A stretch of DNA of 64,000 nucleotides. Origin: Crenothrix sp. (GTDB taxonomy: Bacteria; Pseudomonadota; Gammaproteobacteria; Methylococcales; Methylomonadaceae). Made by a program: the position numbers and the translations under genes. The DNA lies in contig NZ_JAYTLQ010000042.1 of the NCBI RefSeq assembly GCF_043729335.1, forward strand, positions 85,581-149,580. Reading direction: 5' to 3'. The notes under the pieces were generated by a model. It had not been told where the DNA came from and ran no database searches. It worked only from the letters and a program-made list of their open reading frames with translations. Below are positions 20,246 to 32,803 of this stretch, piece after piece. Within the stretch, counting starts at the first letter, position 1. Each line of letters begins with the position of its first letter.

Positions 20246-21324
20246 CCACCGTGGTAATAGCCATCCGGTGAACCTTTTCTAACGGGCTCAGACATAGGCT
20301 CTGGCTTTAAAGTCTCATCAGGTATCTGAATATCTTCTACCGGTCTTGATATAGAAGCTTCCGGTGTGGTCGTTTCTAAACTAGGCGGTACACCTTCATA
20401 AATCGCTACAGGATCGCCGGTTAATTCTTTGAGCGCCTGACTTAAGGCTTTTTGGTCGATTTCAGGCGTTTCCTGTTGAGTGGCTTTTTGTATTAATTTG
20501 AAAGCATCTTCATGACGCTGATCATCGCTGATCTCTTCACCTTGTAAATCAGGATGCGCTTCAATATACAAAGTATTATCTAACCAGCCCACTTTAATAG
20601 GCTGTTTAACCAGATAAACCGGAGTACCCACATCCACGGAATTGAACAGCTGTGCTATATCTTCAGGATACATACGCACACAGCCATGGGTAATTTGCAT
20701 GCCTATACCAAAAATCTTGTCGATATCTGTACCATGTATCCGGTATTCACCCGGCAGGTTTAAATACAGAGCGTGCGCACCTAAAGGATTATGCGGCCCA
20801 GGTAAAACGACTTCTGGCAAAGGATCACCGTTAGCGGCGTGTTCTGCCCTAATTGATTCAGGGGGATGCCAGGATGGGTCTTTAACTTTACGGACTATCT
20901 TGGTTTCCCCAAGCGGTGTTTTCCAATCCTGCCGGCCAATACCATGCGCATAAGACATGACCATACCCGGCTGATTGGCGGGGTATTGATACATACGAAA
21001 CTCAGAAATATTAAGAGTGATACCCTTATGCGGGGTATCAGGCAAGATGCGTTTGTTGGCCAATTTAACCATTTCGCCTTTTTTAATTTCCCAGCGATCT
21101 AACTTTGGGTTAAGCCGGACGATTTCATTTTGTCCAAGCGTATTGCGCAATGCGACATCTAACAAGGTTTCATCCAGCTCAGCGCGCTCCAAAGCCATTT
21201 TGTTAGGGTATTGCGTAATAACGGTATCGTTAGGGTTTTCAGGCAGTTGGTATGTTGTAGCCTGTACATTCCCGCTTATACAGGGTAATAAAACGGAAAC
21301 TGCGAGTAATTTGCGAATTTTCAT
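20242..21324 (-). CDS. L,D-transpeptidase (ErfK/YcfS/YnhG family)
   Basis: Signal peptide; YRIHGT...THGCVRM catalytic motif. Confidence 0.9.
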   Translation of the reverse strand: MKIRKLLAVSVLLPCISGNVQATTYQLPENPNDTVITQYPNKMALERAELDETLLDVALRNTLGQNEIVRLNPKLDRWEIKKGEMVKLANKRILPDTPHKGITLNISEFRMYQYPANQPGMVMSYAHGIGRQDWKTPLGETKIVRKVKDPSWHPPESIRAEHAANGDPLPEVVLPGPHNPLGAHALYLNLPGEYRIHGTDIDKIFGIGMQITHGCVRMYPEDIAQLFNSVDVGTPVYLVKQPIKVGWLDNTLYIEAHPDLQGEEISDDQRHEDAFKLIQKATQQETPEIDQKALSQALKELTGDPVAIYEGVPPSLETTTPEASISRPVEDIQIPDETLKPEPMSEPVRKGSPDGYYHGG

Positions 21325-21419
21325 TACAGTAGATTTCTCAAGGAACAATAATAAGGGTAATTTATAAGTGGGTTATTTACAGTTCACGATGCTTAAACAC
21401 AACTCTGACCAAAACAAAG

Positions 21420-21566
21420 GGCTACCCATTTAAGACGGGACACGTTGTAGGCTGGGGTGAGGTAACAAACCCCAACCATACGGCACATGGTGTGTTGGGG
21501 TTCCTAGCGTCACCCCAACCTACACCAGTAACATTACCTTTTGTCCCACCTTAAAAGTGGATAGCC
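21420..21566. mobile_element. MITE family 1 shell, copy C, with a different REP-like interior
   Basis: Ends GGCTACCCATTTAAGACGGGACA / TGTCCCACCTTAAAAGTGGATAGCC; interior TGTAGGCTGGGGTGA...TCACCCCAACCTACA; no intact TSD. Confidence 0.75.
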
Positions 21567-21615
21567 TATTTAAACATTATACATTGCAACGCTGAACTGA
21601 ATCTTAACGTAAGCA

Positions 21616-22380
21616 TTACTTAAGGATACTGTGCGTATTGTAGCCCATATTATGAATTTGTCTTAAAATCCAGCGTTGTCTTTTCAAAATATAACTGGTG
21701 GGATGCCTAACCTGAAAGCGTATGGGATTGGGCAATGTTGCGGCCAGTAACGCCGCTTGAGATTTACTCAGCTGTTTTGCAGAAATACCAAAATGCCGTT
21801 GGCTGGCAGCTTCTATGCCAAAAATATGATCGCCAAATTCGGCAATATTCAAGTACATTTCCAATATTCTCTCTTTACTCCAGAGCCGCTCAATCAAGAA
21901 AGTGAACCATACCTCCAAACCTTTACGGATAAAACTTTTTGACGGTGTTAAAAACAGATTCTTAGCCACTTGCTGCGAAATAGTACTCGCACCTCGCAGT
22001 CGGCCACCATTCAAATAAACGTCAATCGACCTTTCTATTGAAGGCACATCAAAGCCAGCGTGAAAAAAAAACTGTTGATCTTCTGCGGCAATAACAGCGG
22101 CAGAGGCATTAGGAGAGATATTTTTGCCCGCAACCCATCGGTAATCAATTGAATTGTAGCCTTGCCCGGTTATCAAATCTTCATAATGCCGATACAGCAT
22201 AAACATTGAAGTGGGCGCAGGTAGCCATCGCAGCAACACGCATGAACCTACCGAGGAAATAATAACAATAAACATACCGTAAAAAACCAGGTTTCTGAGC
22301 ATGTTTTTAATAAATAGCGGCTGAGTTTGGGTATTTTTTTTAGCTTTATTTGATTTTGACAACGTAAACACTAATAACAA
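21616..22380 (-). CDS. mtgA: Monofunctional peptidoglycan transglycosylase
   Basis: AAEDQQF, RGASTISQQVAKNLF, RKGLE, YLNIAEFG. Confidence 0.93.
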   Translation of the reverse strand: MLLVFTLSKSNKAKKNTQTQPLFIKNMLRNLVFYGMFIVIISSVGSCVLLRWLPAPTSMFMLYRHYEDLITGQGYNSIDYRWVAGKNISPNASAAVIAAEDQQFFFHAGFDVPSIERSIDVYLNGGRLRGASTISQQVAKNLFLTPSKSFIRKGLEVWFTFLIERLWSKERILEMYLNIAEFGDHIFGIEAASQRHFGISAKQLSKSQAALLAATLPNPIRFQVRHPTSYILKRQRWILRQIHNMGYNTHSILK

Positions 22381-22469
22381 TTATAGATAGCGTAGCGGAT
22401 GCTGCATGATGGCATCGATACATGAGAGGCTTTGAACCTGTATGGGTTTTTTAATTCAAATCGAAACCG

Positions 22470-24545
22470 CTATTTGTTAGGCGCAAGTGGCAACTTAATG
22501 GTAAACATTGTACCTTTACCCAATTCGCTATCAACCGTAATCTGCCCCGTGTGTTTAAGTATGTAATCTCTTGCTTCATACACACCAATTCCCATACCGG
22601 CATTACCTTTTGTGGTATCAAACGGCTTAAACAAGCGTTCGGCAATAAACTTGCTGTCCATGCCAGTGCCATTATCGCTCACCTTAATAATGGCATGGTG
22701 CTTATCTGTACTTAGCTCCATTTTAACAAATCCATCATCAGCCGTGGCATCTTGTGCATTTTGCACTAAATGTCCTAAGATAGCGGCCATTTTTTCCTTT
22801 TCGGCCATGATTTCAACACGATTTTTATGAGCTACCAACTGCAATGTCGGCTTGTTACCGGCCTGCTGTATAGCGACGTCACTCATAATATCAACAAGAT
22901 TAATGATAGTTTTGCCGGTATCTTTAATTTCACCTTGCCTTAACTGACTCAACAAAAAATCAATCTTATTCACTACATTTTTCAGTGTCTCAATAGAATC
23001 ATCAATAAATTCTGGATTATGCCTATGTTTTTCGGCATTTTTTACAATAAGCGCTATCTGGGCAACCAAATTTTTTAAATCGTGAACAAGATAAGCCGAT
23101 AGGCGGTTATAAGCCTCAAACTGCCGTGAACGGGCTAACTCATCACTGGCTCGGTTCAGTGCCAGAGCATTGGTCAACTGCATACCGACCGTTTTTAGCA
23201 AATCGTGATCTTCCCAATTCAATCTTCGAATGACCCGTGCTTTAGTCAGCACCACAAACGCAGCGATTTCGTTTTGACGAAACAATGGAATAAGTAACCA
23301 GACATTATTTTTTTCTGCATCCCAAATTGAAAGATCGACGTCCTCATATAGTTCCGGCTTATAAGAGAACTCGAAAAAATCAATCACCCAGCGCTTAGCT
23401 TTGATAAAACTTATTAATGATGATTCCGCTCCAATCACCGGTGGCGCATCAAAACCCAGATAATAATTTTCAGCCAGATAAAAATCGCCCTGGTCATTTT
23501 TTAACCACAAGCCCCCCCCTGAACTGTCGACCAAATCGGCCATGGTCCTGATAATAAAACCAGACAATTCATCAATAGAATTTAGCTGCGAAATGGTTTT
23601 ACTCAGTTTAATCCACTCATCTCGGTAATCATACCGGTAATGAAAAAAGTGTTTATTTAAAAAAACCTTGGTAAGTGCACGCATTTTTCCCGAAAACGAA
23701 AAAATCAAAAATACCAAAACAGCTAAAAAAATGAAAACTATCTGGGCGATTTCACCCCAATTACCACCATAATCCCGAATATAAAATCCCGCCAGGGACA
23801 TCAATACCAGATAAACACCCGAACAAAATAGTACCGTGGTATGAAAAACCAACTTTCTAGAAAAACTGATACGCGGCTTTTCTTCTTGCAAGCGCAAAAT
23901 CGATAAGGCTAATAAAGGCGCAACGACTGCATTCATCAATCCTCTGGAATACCAAAGCAGAGAATCCAGGCGGAAAAACAGCAGCGATTTACTGTATACA
24001 ATGAAATCAACAAAAAACAACCCACCCAAACCCATGCACAAAAACTTAACGGCCCATCGCAACTCTATAGACGCATTACGGTAGAGCTGCTCAACTAATA
24101 TCAGTCCTAAAATTGCAAAAATAACATGCGCCACAAGGCGAATATCCCGGCCTAAAAATTCCTGAAATTGGTAGCGAAAATCATTAAAAAATTCGATTGC
24201 GAAAACAAACACAATCAACAAAATAATAAGAATACTGGACTTAAATTTAACCAGAAAAAAGTAGTTACTGTTAGAGTATTGCCTGGAAATCAATGCCGAC
24301 AGTAAAAATAGCCATGCACCATCCCGTAAAGTTTCAATGGATAATGTCCCCGAAATAAAGTATTTCTCACTGGGTATGGCAAATGCCGTGTAACTAGACC
24401 ACGCTAGGGAAAGGGCAATAGCAAGTATAAAAGGGACGACGTAGTAGTTATTTTTAATTTTTTTTAATAACAAAATTAGCAACAGCAGATAGGTTATTGC
24501 TGCTATCAAATAACTGTAAAAACCATAGTTTTCTGTGAAATTCAT
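22470..24545 (-). CDS. prsK: PEP-CTERM/XrtA-system histidine kinase PrsK
   Basis: Multi-TM N-terminus, FFHYRYDYRDEW, GAF region, FEAYNRLSAYLVHDLKN, FDTTKGNAGMGIG. Confidence 0.88.
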   Translation of the reverse strand: MNFTENYGFYSYLIAAITYLLLLILLLKKIKNNYYVVPFILAIALSLAWSSYTAFAIPSEKYFISGTLSIETLRDGAWLFLLSALISRQYSNSNYFFLVKFKSSILIILLIVFVFAIEFFNDFRYQFQEFLGRDIRLVAHVIFAILGLILVEQLYRNASIELRWAVKFLCMGLGGLFFVDFIVYSKSLLFFRLDSLLWYSRGLMNAVVAPLLALSILRLQEEKPRISFSRKLVFHTTVLFCSGVYLVLMSLAGFYIRDYGGNWGEIAQIVFIFLAVLVFLIFSFSGKMRALTKVFLNKHFFHYRYDYRDEWIKLSKTISQLNSIDELSGFIIRTMADLVDSSGGGLWLKNDQGDFYLAENYYLGFDAPPVIGAESSLISFIKAKRWVIDFFEFSYKPELYEDVDLSIWDAEKNNVWLLIPLFRQNEIAAFVVLTKARVIRRLNWEDHDLLKTVGMQLTNALALNRASDELARSRQFEAYNRLSAYLVHDLKNLVAQIALIVKNAEKHRHNPEFIDDSIETLKNVVNKIDFLLSQLRQGEIKDTGKTIINLVDIMSDVAIQQAGNKPTLQLVAHKNRVEIMAEKEKMAAILGHLVQNAQDATADDGFVKMELSTDKHHAIIKVSDNGTGMDSKFIAERLFKPFDTTKGNAGMGIGVYEARDYILKHTGQITVDSELGKGTMFTIKLPLAPNK

Positions 24546-24816
24546 ATCGTACCTGTATGACTTAAAATTGATACGTTAAGCGAGCGCATTGTTATTTTTT
24601 GATCAATGGGCAATAACGCGTCAATAACAGTCGAAAGTATAGCGTCAGTTATGGGTTTGTTTTTAAAAATTACCTACTTCAGATTACAAAATAGCAGGAT
24701 AACCAGAATTCAAGCTTACCTATAACTAAGCATAAGCAAAAATATTTTAAAGCAACGATGGCTAAGACAAGGCGGCCTAGCATGAACAATTTAACTGAAC
24801 AGTTAAAATTACACTT

Positions 24817-24844
24817 AAAAAAAAGAGCCTTACGGCTCTTTTTT
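24817..24844. terminator. Intrinsic terminator downstream of pnp
   Basis: A-run-GAGCC-TTAC-GGCTC-T-run. Confidence 0.85.
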
Positions 24845-24869
24845 ACTACAGCATTAATAAAACCTAAAC

Positions 24870-26948
24870 TTAGTCTTTATCAACTTCTTTAATACTCAGC
24901 CTAACCCGACCTTGACGGTCAATTTCCAGTACCTTCACTCTAACCACATCGCCTTCGTTCAGCCTATCACTGACTTTATCAACGTGCTCATCAGAGATTT
25001 GCGAGATATGCACCAAGCCATCTTTACCTGGAAGAATGGTCACAAATGCACCAAAGTCCATTAATCTAACCACTTTACCTTCATAAACCTTACCCACTTC
25101 AACTTCAGCGGTAATTTCTTCAATCAAACGACGCGCTTCTTCACCGGCCGCTTTATCAACCGATGCCACTTTGACAACACCGTCATCAGTCAAATCGACA
25201 CTGGCACCGGTTTGTTCAGTAATGCTACGGATAGTTGCACCGCCCTTGCCAATCACTTCGCGAATTTTACTCGGATCAATCTTGAAAGTGATAATGCGCG
25301 GGGCAAAATCAGACATTTCATCACGAGTCGCCGCCAAAGCTTTGTTCATTTCGCCTAAAATATGCAAACGGCCTTGTTTGGCCTGAGCCAGAGCCACTTT
25401 CATAATTTCTGCGGTAATGCCATCAATCTTGATGTCCATTTGCAATGCAGTAATGCCATGCTCAGAGCCTGCGACTTTAAAATCCATATCGCCCAAGTGA
25501 TCTTCATCACCTAAAATGTCAGACAGCACCGCAAAACGCTCGCCTTCTTTAATCAGGCCCATTGCAATACCTGCAACCGGTGCGCTAAGCGGTACACCTG
25601 CATCCATCAGTGCCAAGCTGCTGCCACACACGGAAGCCATAGAGCTTGAACCGTTGGATTCAGTAATTTCAGACACCACGCGGATGGTATACGGAAAATC
25701 TTCCATATTCGGCAATACGGCTGCCACACCGCGCTTGGCCAAACGGCCATGACCAATTTCACGGCGCTTAGGTGAACCGACAAAGCCGGTTTCACCCACG
25801 CTATACGGAGGGAAATTGTAATGCAGCATGAACGGTTCTTTGTATTCACCGGCCAATGCATCAATAATCTGTGCATCACGTTGTGTGCCTAATGTCGCCA
25901 CTACCAAAGCTTGGGTTTCGCCACGGGTAAACAATGCCGAACCGTGGGTTCTTGGCAATACACCGGTTTTAATGCTGATTGGGCGAATAGTGAACACGTC
26001 ACGGCCATCAATACGTTTGCCTTCATCCAAAATGGCATTACGCACGATGTCAGATTCTAAATGTTCGATAATGCCGCGGATGTTCTTTTCAGAATACTCA
26101 CCCAGTGCCATGATCTTTTCAACAGCGGCTGATCTAAGCCCGTTTAAGCGCTCTTGTCTGATCAGTTTTTCAACAATTTGATACGAGGTTTTAATATCTG
26201 CTTCAAGCTCTGCAACAACCAGTTGCTTAAGTGTGGCATCAACCGCAGGTGCTGTCCATTCAACACTGCCAGTGCCCGCAGCAGCGGCAAATTCATTAAT
26301 GGCGGTAATCGCCAATTGCATTTGCTCGTGGCCAAACAACACCGCGCCCAGCATAATCTCTTCAGATAAGCCCTGTGCTTGCGATTCAACCATTAATACC
26401 GCATGCGCTGTACCTGCAACTACTAATTCCAGTTGCGATTCTTTTAAATCAGCTGGAGATGGGTTTAACAGATACGCGCCGTCTTTATAACCGACAGTAG
26501 CTGCGCCCAACGGGCCATTGAACGGCAGGCCTGAAATCGCCAATGCCGCAGATGCGCCCAGTAAAGCAGGGATTTCTGGATTAACCGCCGGATTTAACGA
26601 CACAACCGTCGCAATAATCTGAACTTCGTGGGTGTAGCCATCAGGGAACAACGGGCGAATCGGTCGATCAATTAACCGCGAGGTCAAAGTTTCTTGTTCG
26701 CTAGGACGACCTTCCCGCTTAAAAAAACCACCGGGTATTTTACCCGCTGCATAAGCTTTTTCTTGATAGTTAACGGTTAATGGAAAAAAATCGCCGTCAC
26801 TGGGTTTCTTTTTAGCCACTACCGTCACTAAAATCGACGTGCCGTTGACATCAATCATAACAGCGCCGTCTGCTTGACGCGCTATTTCACCCGTTTCTAG
26901 CGTAACTTTTTGATCGCCGTACTGAAATTCTTTCCTAATAGGAGTCAC
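24870..26948 (-). CDS. pnp: Polyribonucleotide nucleotidyltransferase
   Basis: [30 protein letters not shown]; KH and S1 domains. Confidence 0.98.
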   Translation of the reverse strand: MTPIRKEFQYGDQKVTLETGEIARQADGAVMIDVNGTSILVTVVAKKKPSDGDFFPLTVNYQEKAYAAGKIPGGFFKREGRPSEQETLTSRLIDRPIRPLFPDGYTHEVQIIATVVSLNPAVNPEIPALLGASAALAISGLPFNGPLGAATVGYKDGAYLLNPSPADLKESQLELVVAGTAHAVLMVESQAQGLSEEIMLGAVLFGHEQMQLAITAINEFAAAAGTGSVEWTAPAVDATLKQLVVAELEADIKTSYQIVEKLIRQERLNGLRSAAVEKIMALGEYSEKNIRGIIEHLESDIVRNAILDEGKRIDGRDVFTIRPISIKTGVLPRTHGSALFTRGETQALVVATLGTQRDAQIIDALAGEYKEPFMLHYNFPPYSVGETGFVGSPKRREIGHGRLAKRGVAAVLPNMEDFPYTIRVVSEITESNGSSSMASVCGSSLALMDAGVPLSAPVAGIAMGLIKEGERFAVLSDILGDEDHLGDMDFKVAGSEHGITALQMDIKIDGITAEIMKVALAQAKQGRLHILGEMNKALAATRDEMSDFAPRIITFKIDPSKIREVIGKGGATIRSITEQTGASVDLTDDGVVKVASVDKAAGEEARRLIEEITAEVEVGKVYEGKVVRLMDFGAFVTILPGKDGLVHISQISDEHVDKVSDRLNEGDVVRVKVLEIDRQGRVRLSIKEVDKD

Positions 26949-27014
26949 TATAAGGTTCCTTTGCTAAGATTATGCGCAGCTGTGTGCTGCAAGGGCCGAC
27001 TGTTGGGTTGGATT

Positions 27015-27284
27015 TTACTTACGCAAACCAAGGCGTTCAATCAATGAACGGTAACGGGCGCTGTCTTTGTTTTTAAGATAGTCGAGCAATTTACGACGGC
27101 TGTTAACCATACGCAGCAATCCACGACGGGAATGGTTGTCTTTTTTGTGCGCCGCAAAATGCGGGGTCAAATGCAAAATATGCGCAGTCAATAACGCAAC
27201 TTGCACTTCTGGTGATCCGGTATCGGTTTCGGTTAAACGATAGGCTTCAACGACCGCTTTTTTTTGTTCTGCTGTAAATGGCAT
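27015..27284 (-). CDS. rpsO: 30S ribosomal protein S15
   Basis: [20 protein letters not shown]. Confidence 0.98.
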   Translation of the reverse strand: MPFTAEQKKAVVEAYRLTETDTGSPEVQVALLTAHILHLTPHFAAHKKDNHSRRGLLRMVNSRRKLLDYLKNKDSARYRSLIERLGLRK

Positions 27285-27383
27285 GGTAATCCCTAGTATT
27301 TTTTAGTTAAGATTAAAATTGAAAGTCGTGTTGTCACGACCGATAAAACTTGGCTTCCACAATAGGGTGCAGAAACCAGAGTA

Positions 27384-28289
27384 CTACGGTTTATTTAAAT
27401 TAAACAACCGTGTGGGCGCTAGTTTACCATCCAAAAGGATTTCTCCCAACCCCAAAAAATCACTGTCACGGTACAAACGCACCGTGCCTAAAAAGCTGTC
27501 TTGCCAGTCAATGCTCTGGCCATAATTAATACGCAGCGCCTGATCTTCCGACAACTGCACCGCTGGCAATCCGGCTAAGGGCTTGTCGGCGGCGATTAAG
27601 CACTCGGATAATTCGGCTGCTGACATCGCAATCAATTGCTCTATCGTATAGGCATCGCTCAAGCTAAATTGCCCAGCCTGCAAACGCCGCAAGGCTTTTA
27701 CTGTGCCGCCACAACCCAAATCATGGCCGATGTCTTCTGCTAATGAGCGAATATACGTGCCTTTAGAACACGCCACTTCCAAGCTTAGCTCATTGTGGGT
27801 AAACGCCAATAACTGAATATCATAAATCGTGATGCGACGGGCTTTGCGCTCAACGGTGATACCGGCTCTGGCCAGTTCGTACAGTTTTTTGCCATTTTGT
27901 TTCAAGGCCGAATACATCGGCGGCACTTGATCAATCGCACCGGTAAACTTTGCCAAACACGCGGTAATAGCATCCAGCGTCAATTCAGGTACAGGCTTGG
28001 TGGCTATCACCTCGCCTTCCAAATCGCCGGTGTCGGTCATCACGCCAAGCTGAACCAACACTTGGTAGCACTTGTCATCATCCAGCATCATGCCTGACAC
28101 TTTGGTGGCCTCACCAAAACACAACGGTAATAAACCGGTGGCTAAAGGATCAAGACTGCCGGTATGCCCTGCTTTATTGGCATTAAACAAGCGCCGCACT
28201 TCTTGCAGCGCCTTGTTGGACGACACGCCTAAACGTTTATCCAACAAGATAATGCCGTGGACATTGAGTCCCGAAGTGCGTTTACTCAT
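27384..28289 (-). CDS. truB: tRNA pseudouridine(55) synthase
   Basis: GHTGSLDPLATG, VPPMYSALK, CSKGTYIRSL. Confidence 0.98.
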   Translation of the reverse strand: MSKRTSGLNVHGIILLDKRLGVSSNKALQEVRRLFNANKAGHTGSLDPLATGLLPLCFGEATKVSGMMLDDDKCYQVLVQLGVMTDTGDLEGEVIATKPVPELTLDAITACLAKFTGAIDQVPPMYSALKQNGKKLYELARAGITVERKARRITIYDIQLLAFTHNELSLEVACSKGTYIRSLAEDIGHDLGCGGTVKALRRLQAGQFSLSDAYTIEQLIAMSAAELSECLIAADKPLAGLPAVQLSEDQALRINYGQSIDWQDSFLGTVRLYRDSDFLGLGEILLDGKLAPTRLFNLNKP

Positions 28290-28302
28290 AAAGTGACGCT
28301 AG

Positions 28303-28644
28303 TTAATCGCGCAACAGCTCAGCGACGCGCATACCGGTATCAAACGAATCATCGTAAAAAAACCGCAATTCCGAGATATGCCGCAGGCGCATACGCTTGG
28401 CCAATTCGTGGCGGATAATCGGCGACAATTCATTCAAGCGCTTCACATTGTCGCGCTTGCCTTGTTCATCGACGTTTAACACCGTCACATAAATCTTTGC
28501 CGAGGCCAAATCTTTGGTCACCACGACTTCATTGATGGTAATAAAACCCAGTCGTGCATCACGTACATCGCGTTGAAAAATGGTTGCCAACTCTTTTTGC
28601 ATCTGTGATGACACACGGGCATTGCGGCCAAATTCTCTTGCCAT
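28303..28644 (-). CDS. rbfA: Ribosome-binding factor A
   Basis: DLASAKIYV, LRFFYDDS; position between infB and truB. Confidence 0.96.
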   Translation of the reverse strand: MAREFGRNARVSSQMQKELATIFQRDVRDARLGFITINEVVVTKDLASAKIYVTVLNVDEQGKRDNVKRLNELSPIIRHELAKRMRLRHISELRFFYDDSFDTGMRVAELLRD

Positions 28645-28649
28645 AATGC

Positions 28650-31262
28650 CTACAGTACCCGCTTGATTTCGGTGCGCTCAAAGACTTCGATTTGATCGCC
28701 TACTCTAACATCGTTGTAGTTTTTAACGCCAATACCACATTCCATGCCCATCTTGACTTCAGCGGCATCGTCTTTAAAGCGGCGCAGTGACTCCAACTGG
28801 CCTTCATAGATGACCACGTTTTCACGTAGAACACGGATCGGCAGGTTGCGTTTGACAAAACCATCGATGACCATACAGCCAGCAACTGCGCCAAATTTCG
28901 GTGACTTAAATACATCACGGACAGCCGCAAGGCCAACAATTTGCTCGCGGATTTCAGGTGCCAACATACCGCTGATGGCTTTCTTGACTTCATCAATCGC
29001 ATCGTAAATGACGCTGTAGTAATGCAGGTCCACGCCTTTTTCTTCAATCAGGCGTCTAGCGGTAGCATCAGCACGCACGTTAAAGCCGATCAGGATAGCG
29101 CCAGAAGCCAATGCCAAATTGACATCGCCTTCGTTAATGCCGCCGACACCGCCAAAAATAACCTTTACTTCAACTTCTTCGTTAGACAAGCTCACCAATG
29201 AACCGCGTAAGGCTTCTAAGCTGCCTTGTACGTCGGTTTTAATCACCAGATTAACACTGGCCAATTCACCGGTGGTCATGCGTGAGAACACTTCATCCAG
29301 TTTAGACGCTTGTTGTGCGGCATGACGGGTGAATTTTTTACGGTCTTCACGATGCTTGGCCAAATCTTTGGCGATGCGCTCATTTTGCACGACCAAAAAT
29401 TCATCACCGGCATTCGGTGTGCCAGAAAGCCCTAAAATTTCCACCGGTACACAAGGTCCAGCGTCTTTAATCGGCTTGCCATTTTCATTAAACATGGCGC
29501 GGACACGGCCATATTCATGACCACACAACACCATTTGGCCATTTTCCAGCGTGCCTTTTTGAATCAATACCGTGGCTACTGCACCACGGCCTTTATCAAG
29601 ACGTGATTCAATGACAATACCGGAAGCCACACCTTCAACAGGCGCAGTTAATTCCAGAATTTCAGTTTGAACAATCAGGGCTTCGATCAATTCATCAATA
29701 CCGGCGCCGGTTTTGGCGGATATTTTCAGGAACTGTACATCGCCGCCCCACTCTTCTGCCAGAACCCCAATAACCGACAGCTCTTGCATTACCTTATCAG
29801 GATTGGCATCGGGCTTGTCCATCTTGTTCATGGCAATAATGATAGGCACGTTAGCTGCTTTCGCATGCTCAACCGCTTCTTTGGTTTGCGGCATCACACC
29901 ATCGTCAGCCGCAACCACCACGATAACCACGTCAGTGATATCAGCGCCACGAGCACGCATAGCGGTAAACGCTGCATGGCCCGGAGTATCTAAAAAGGTG
30001 ACCGCACCATGATCGGTTTTAACTTGATACGCACCGATATGCTGAGTAATACCACCGGCTTCGCCAGCAGCAACACGCGTTTTACGGATATAATCCAGCA
30101 GCGAGGTTTTACCGTGGTCAACGTGACCCATAATGGTCACAATCGGCGCACGCGGCAAAGCAACGCGGACATCTTCTATTTGCGCTTCAGCCAGCATTTC
30201 TTTTTCAAGATCGTCATCACTTTGCATGATAACTTTATGCCCCATTTCTTCCACCAAAATGGCGGCTGTGTCTTGATCTATGCTTTGATTGATGGTGGCC
30301 ATAATGCCCAACTTCATCAAATGCTTGATCACTAATGCTGCTTTAATGTTCATTTTCTGCGCGAGGTCAGACACAATGATCATTTCAGGAATGGTCACAT
30401 CATAAACAATCGGCGCACTTGGCATTTCAAACTGATGCTTACTATCAGAGACGGGCGCTACGCGCTGTGGCTGCTTACCTTTTTTCTTAAGTTTTTTGGT
30501 ATCTCTACCGCCGCCGCCACGATTATTTTCATCTTGTTGTTTCTTTTTATGGGCAGCGGCTTGCTTTTCTTCGGCTTGCTGTCTAACCCTCTCCTGATTT
30601 CTACTGATAGATTCCTGAAGGCGACGATCTTTATCGTCCTGCTTCTTTTTTACTTCATCCAGCTCTTTGGGTTTAACAGGCACTTTAACTTTCGTATCGC
30701 CCTTGATAGGTTGAACTAAAAATTTATCTTCTAGATCAATTTCAGGCTTAAGATCAGCATCAATAGTTGCAGTTACCGCCTCATCCTGGAAGTCATCGGG
30801 AACCGATTTTTCTGGCACGGACTTTACGGCTTCAGTAAGCGTTTCAACTGTCGCCTCAACAGCTATCGTTTGCTCTTGCGGCAATTCGACTTCATCAGAT
30901 ACTGCCGATTCAGCAATAGGATTAACGGTTTCTTTCAATTCATCCGGTTCGCGTTTTATGTAAGTTTTCTTTTTACGCACTTCAACTTGTATTGTTTTTG
31001 GTGCACTGCCTGGCGCATGGGTTTGTTTAATTTCAATAAACTTTTTACGCTCTAAAGTCACTCGCTTAGGCGCATCTTCTCCACCCACTTCAAGCTTGCC
31101 ATGCCGTTTGCGCAGATGACTGAGCAAGCGCATTTTTTCATCTTCGGAAATAACATCATCAGGAGAACTTGCAGATAACCCCGCTTCTTTCAGCTGTTCC
31201 AATAATCGTTCCAGAGGTATACGCACTACCTCAGCCAATTGCCGTACTGTTTTATCACTCAT
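28650..31262 (-). CDS. infB: Translation initiation factor IF-2
   Basis: [17 protein letters not shown]; start moved to MSDKTVRQ at 31262. Confidence 0.98.
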   Translation of the reverse strand: MSDKTVRQLAEVVRIPLERLLEQLKEAGLSASSPDDVISEDEKMRLLSHLRKRHGKLEVGGEDAPKRVTLERKKFIEIKQTHAPGSAPKTIQVEVRKKKTYIKREPDELKETVNPIAESAVSDEVELPQEQTIAVEATVETLTEAVKSVPEKSVPDDFQDEAVTATIDADLKPEIDLEDKFLVQPIKGDTKVKVPVKPKELDEVKKKQDDKDRRLQESISRNQERVRQQAEEKQAAAHKKKQQDENNRGGGGRDTKKLKKKGKQPQRVAPVSDSKHQFEMPSAPIVYDVTIPEMIIVSDLAQKMNIKAALVIKHLMKLGIMATINQSIDQDTAAILVEEMGHKVIMQSDDDLEKEMLAEAQIEDVRVALPRAPIVTIMGHVDHGKTSLLDYIRKTRVAAGEAGGITQHIGAYQVKTDHGAVTFLDTPGHAAFTAMRARGADITDVVIVVVAADDGVMPQTKEAVEHAKAANVPIIIAMNKMDKPDANPDKVMQELSVIGVLAEEWGGDVQFLKISAKTGAGIDELIEALIVQTEILELTAPVEGVASGIVIESRLDKGRGAVATVLIQKGTLENGQMVLCGHEYGRVRAMFNENGKPIKDAGPCVPVEILGLSGTPNAGDEFLVVQNERIAKDLAKHREDRKKFTRHAAQQASKLDEVFSRMTTGELASVNLVIKTDVQGSLEALRGSLVSLSNEEVEVKVIFGGVGGINEGDVNLALASGAILIGFNVRADATARRLIEEKGVDLHYYSVIYDAIDEVKKAISGMLAPEIREQIVGLAAVRDVFKSPKFGAVAGCMVIDGFVKRNLPIRVLRENVVIYEGQLESLRRFKDDAAEVKMGMECGIGVKNYNDVRVGDQIEVFERTEIKRVL

Positions 31263-31275
31263 GTTCACCCCTACC

Positions 31276-32790
31276 CTACTTCGTTTTAGCCTCAGCAAAC
31301 CAAGGCTCACGCGCTTTCATAATCAACCGTGCCGCCCGCTCTTCAGTCATACCGGAAAACTTAAGCACGTCATCTATTGACTGTTCTGCTAAATCTTCCA
31401 TCGTAATAACCCCGCCACTGGCTAAATCATAAGCCAGATCTTTATCCATGCCTTCCATTTCCAGCAAATCTTGCGCCGGCGTGGCTGTTTCTATCTTTTC
31501 TTCTGCCGCAATAGCAATAATCAGCAAAGCATCTTTAGCTCGACTTTTCAGCTCGTTGACCAACTCTTCATCAAAACCTTCAATTTCCAGCATTTCGCTG
31601 ACCGGAACGTAAGCAATTTCCTCAACGGAATTAAAGCCTACTTCAGCTAAAATGGCGGCAATATCGGCATTAACATCCAATTGCTCAATGAACATTTGAG
31701 TAATTTTTTCAGCTTCAGCCTCGCTATTTTGCTCTGCCTTAGACGCATCAATAACATTTAATTCCCATCCGGTTAACTGAGTGGCCAATCTTACATTTTG
31801 GCCGCCACGGCCTATCGCCTGAGACAAGTTTTCAGTGCTCACTGCCAAATCCATGCTGTGCCTATCTTCATCGACAACAATAGATTGAATTTCAGCGGGT
31901 GACATGGCGTTAATAACAAATTGCGCTTCGTTAGGATTCCATAAAATAATATCGATACGCTCGCCGGATAACTCATTAGTTACCGATTGCACTCTAGACC
32001 CTCGCATGCCTACACATGCACCAACGGGGTCGAGTCTTGGATCGTTACCTTTGACGGCAATCTTGGCTCTGGAACCTGGATCACGCGCAGCACCCATCAC
32101 TGAAATCATGCCCTCACCTACCTCGGGCACTTCAAGACGGAACAGCGCTATCAATAATTCCGGTGCAGTACGACTAACAAACAGTTGTGGCCCACGCGGT
32201 TCAGAGCGAACATCTTTCAGGTAGCCTCTGATGCGATCACCAATACGAACCGGCTCACGGGGAATCATGTCTTCTTTAGCAATAAAGGCTTCAACATGGC
32301 CACCTAAATCCAGATAGACACTGCCTTTTTCGATACGTTTAACAATACCGGTTATCAAATCGCCAACACGCGATTGATAGGCTTCAACAATTTTTTTGCG
32401 TTCCGCTTCCCTAACTTTATGGATAATAACTTGTTTAGCAGTTTGCGCAGCAATACGACCAAAATCGACAGAGTCAATTTCTTCTTCGATTATATCGCCG
32501 ATCTGGGCATCGGGGTTATCAAATTGCGCCACATCCAGTAGAATTTGCGTGGTTGGAAATTCCACATCGCCATCAACCTGATCATCTGCAGCAACCACTT
32601 CCCACTGTCTATAGGTTGAATAATCGCCGGTTTTTCTATCAATAGAAACCCGCGCTCTAATCTGGTTAACATGACGTTTTACAGTTGCCGTTTCCAATGC
32701 TGACTCAATTGCCTGAAAAACAATTTCTTTGTCAATCTCCTTCTCATTTGAAAAGACTTCAGCTACCAACAAAATTTCTTTATTTGCCAT
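31276..32790 (-). CDS. nusA: Transcription elongation factor NusA
   Basis: [37 protein letters not shown]. Confidence 0.98.
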   Translation of the reverse strand: MANKEILLVAEVFSNEKEIDKEIVFQAIESALETATVKRHVNQIRARVSIDRKTGDYSTYRQWEVVAADDQVDGDVEFPTTQILLDVAQFDNPDAQIGDIIEEEIDSVDFGRIAAQTAKQVIIHKVREAERKKIVEAYQSRVGDLITGIVKRIEKGSVYLDLGGHVEAFIAKEDMIPREPVRIGDRIRGYLKDVRSEPRGPQLFVSRTAPELLIALFRLEVPEVGEGMISVMGAARDPGSRAKIAVKGNDPRLDPVGACVGMRGSRVQSVTNELSGERIDIILWNPNEAQFVINAMSPAEIQSIVVDEDRHSMDLAVSTENLSQAIGRGGQNVRLATQLTGWELNVIDASKAEQNSEAEAEKITQMFIEQLDVNADIAAILAEVGFNSVEEIAYVPVSEMLEIEGFDEELVNELKSRAKDALLIIAIAAEEKIETATPAQDLLEMEGMDKDLAYDLASGGVITMEDLAEQSIDDVLKFSGMTEERAARLIMKAREPWFAEAKTK

Positions 32791-32803
32791 TGTATCCTCC
32801 TTT

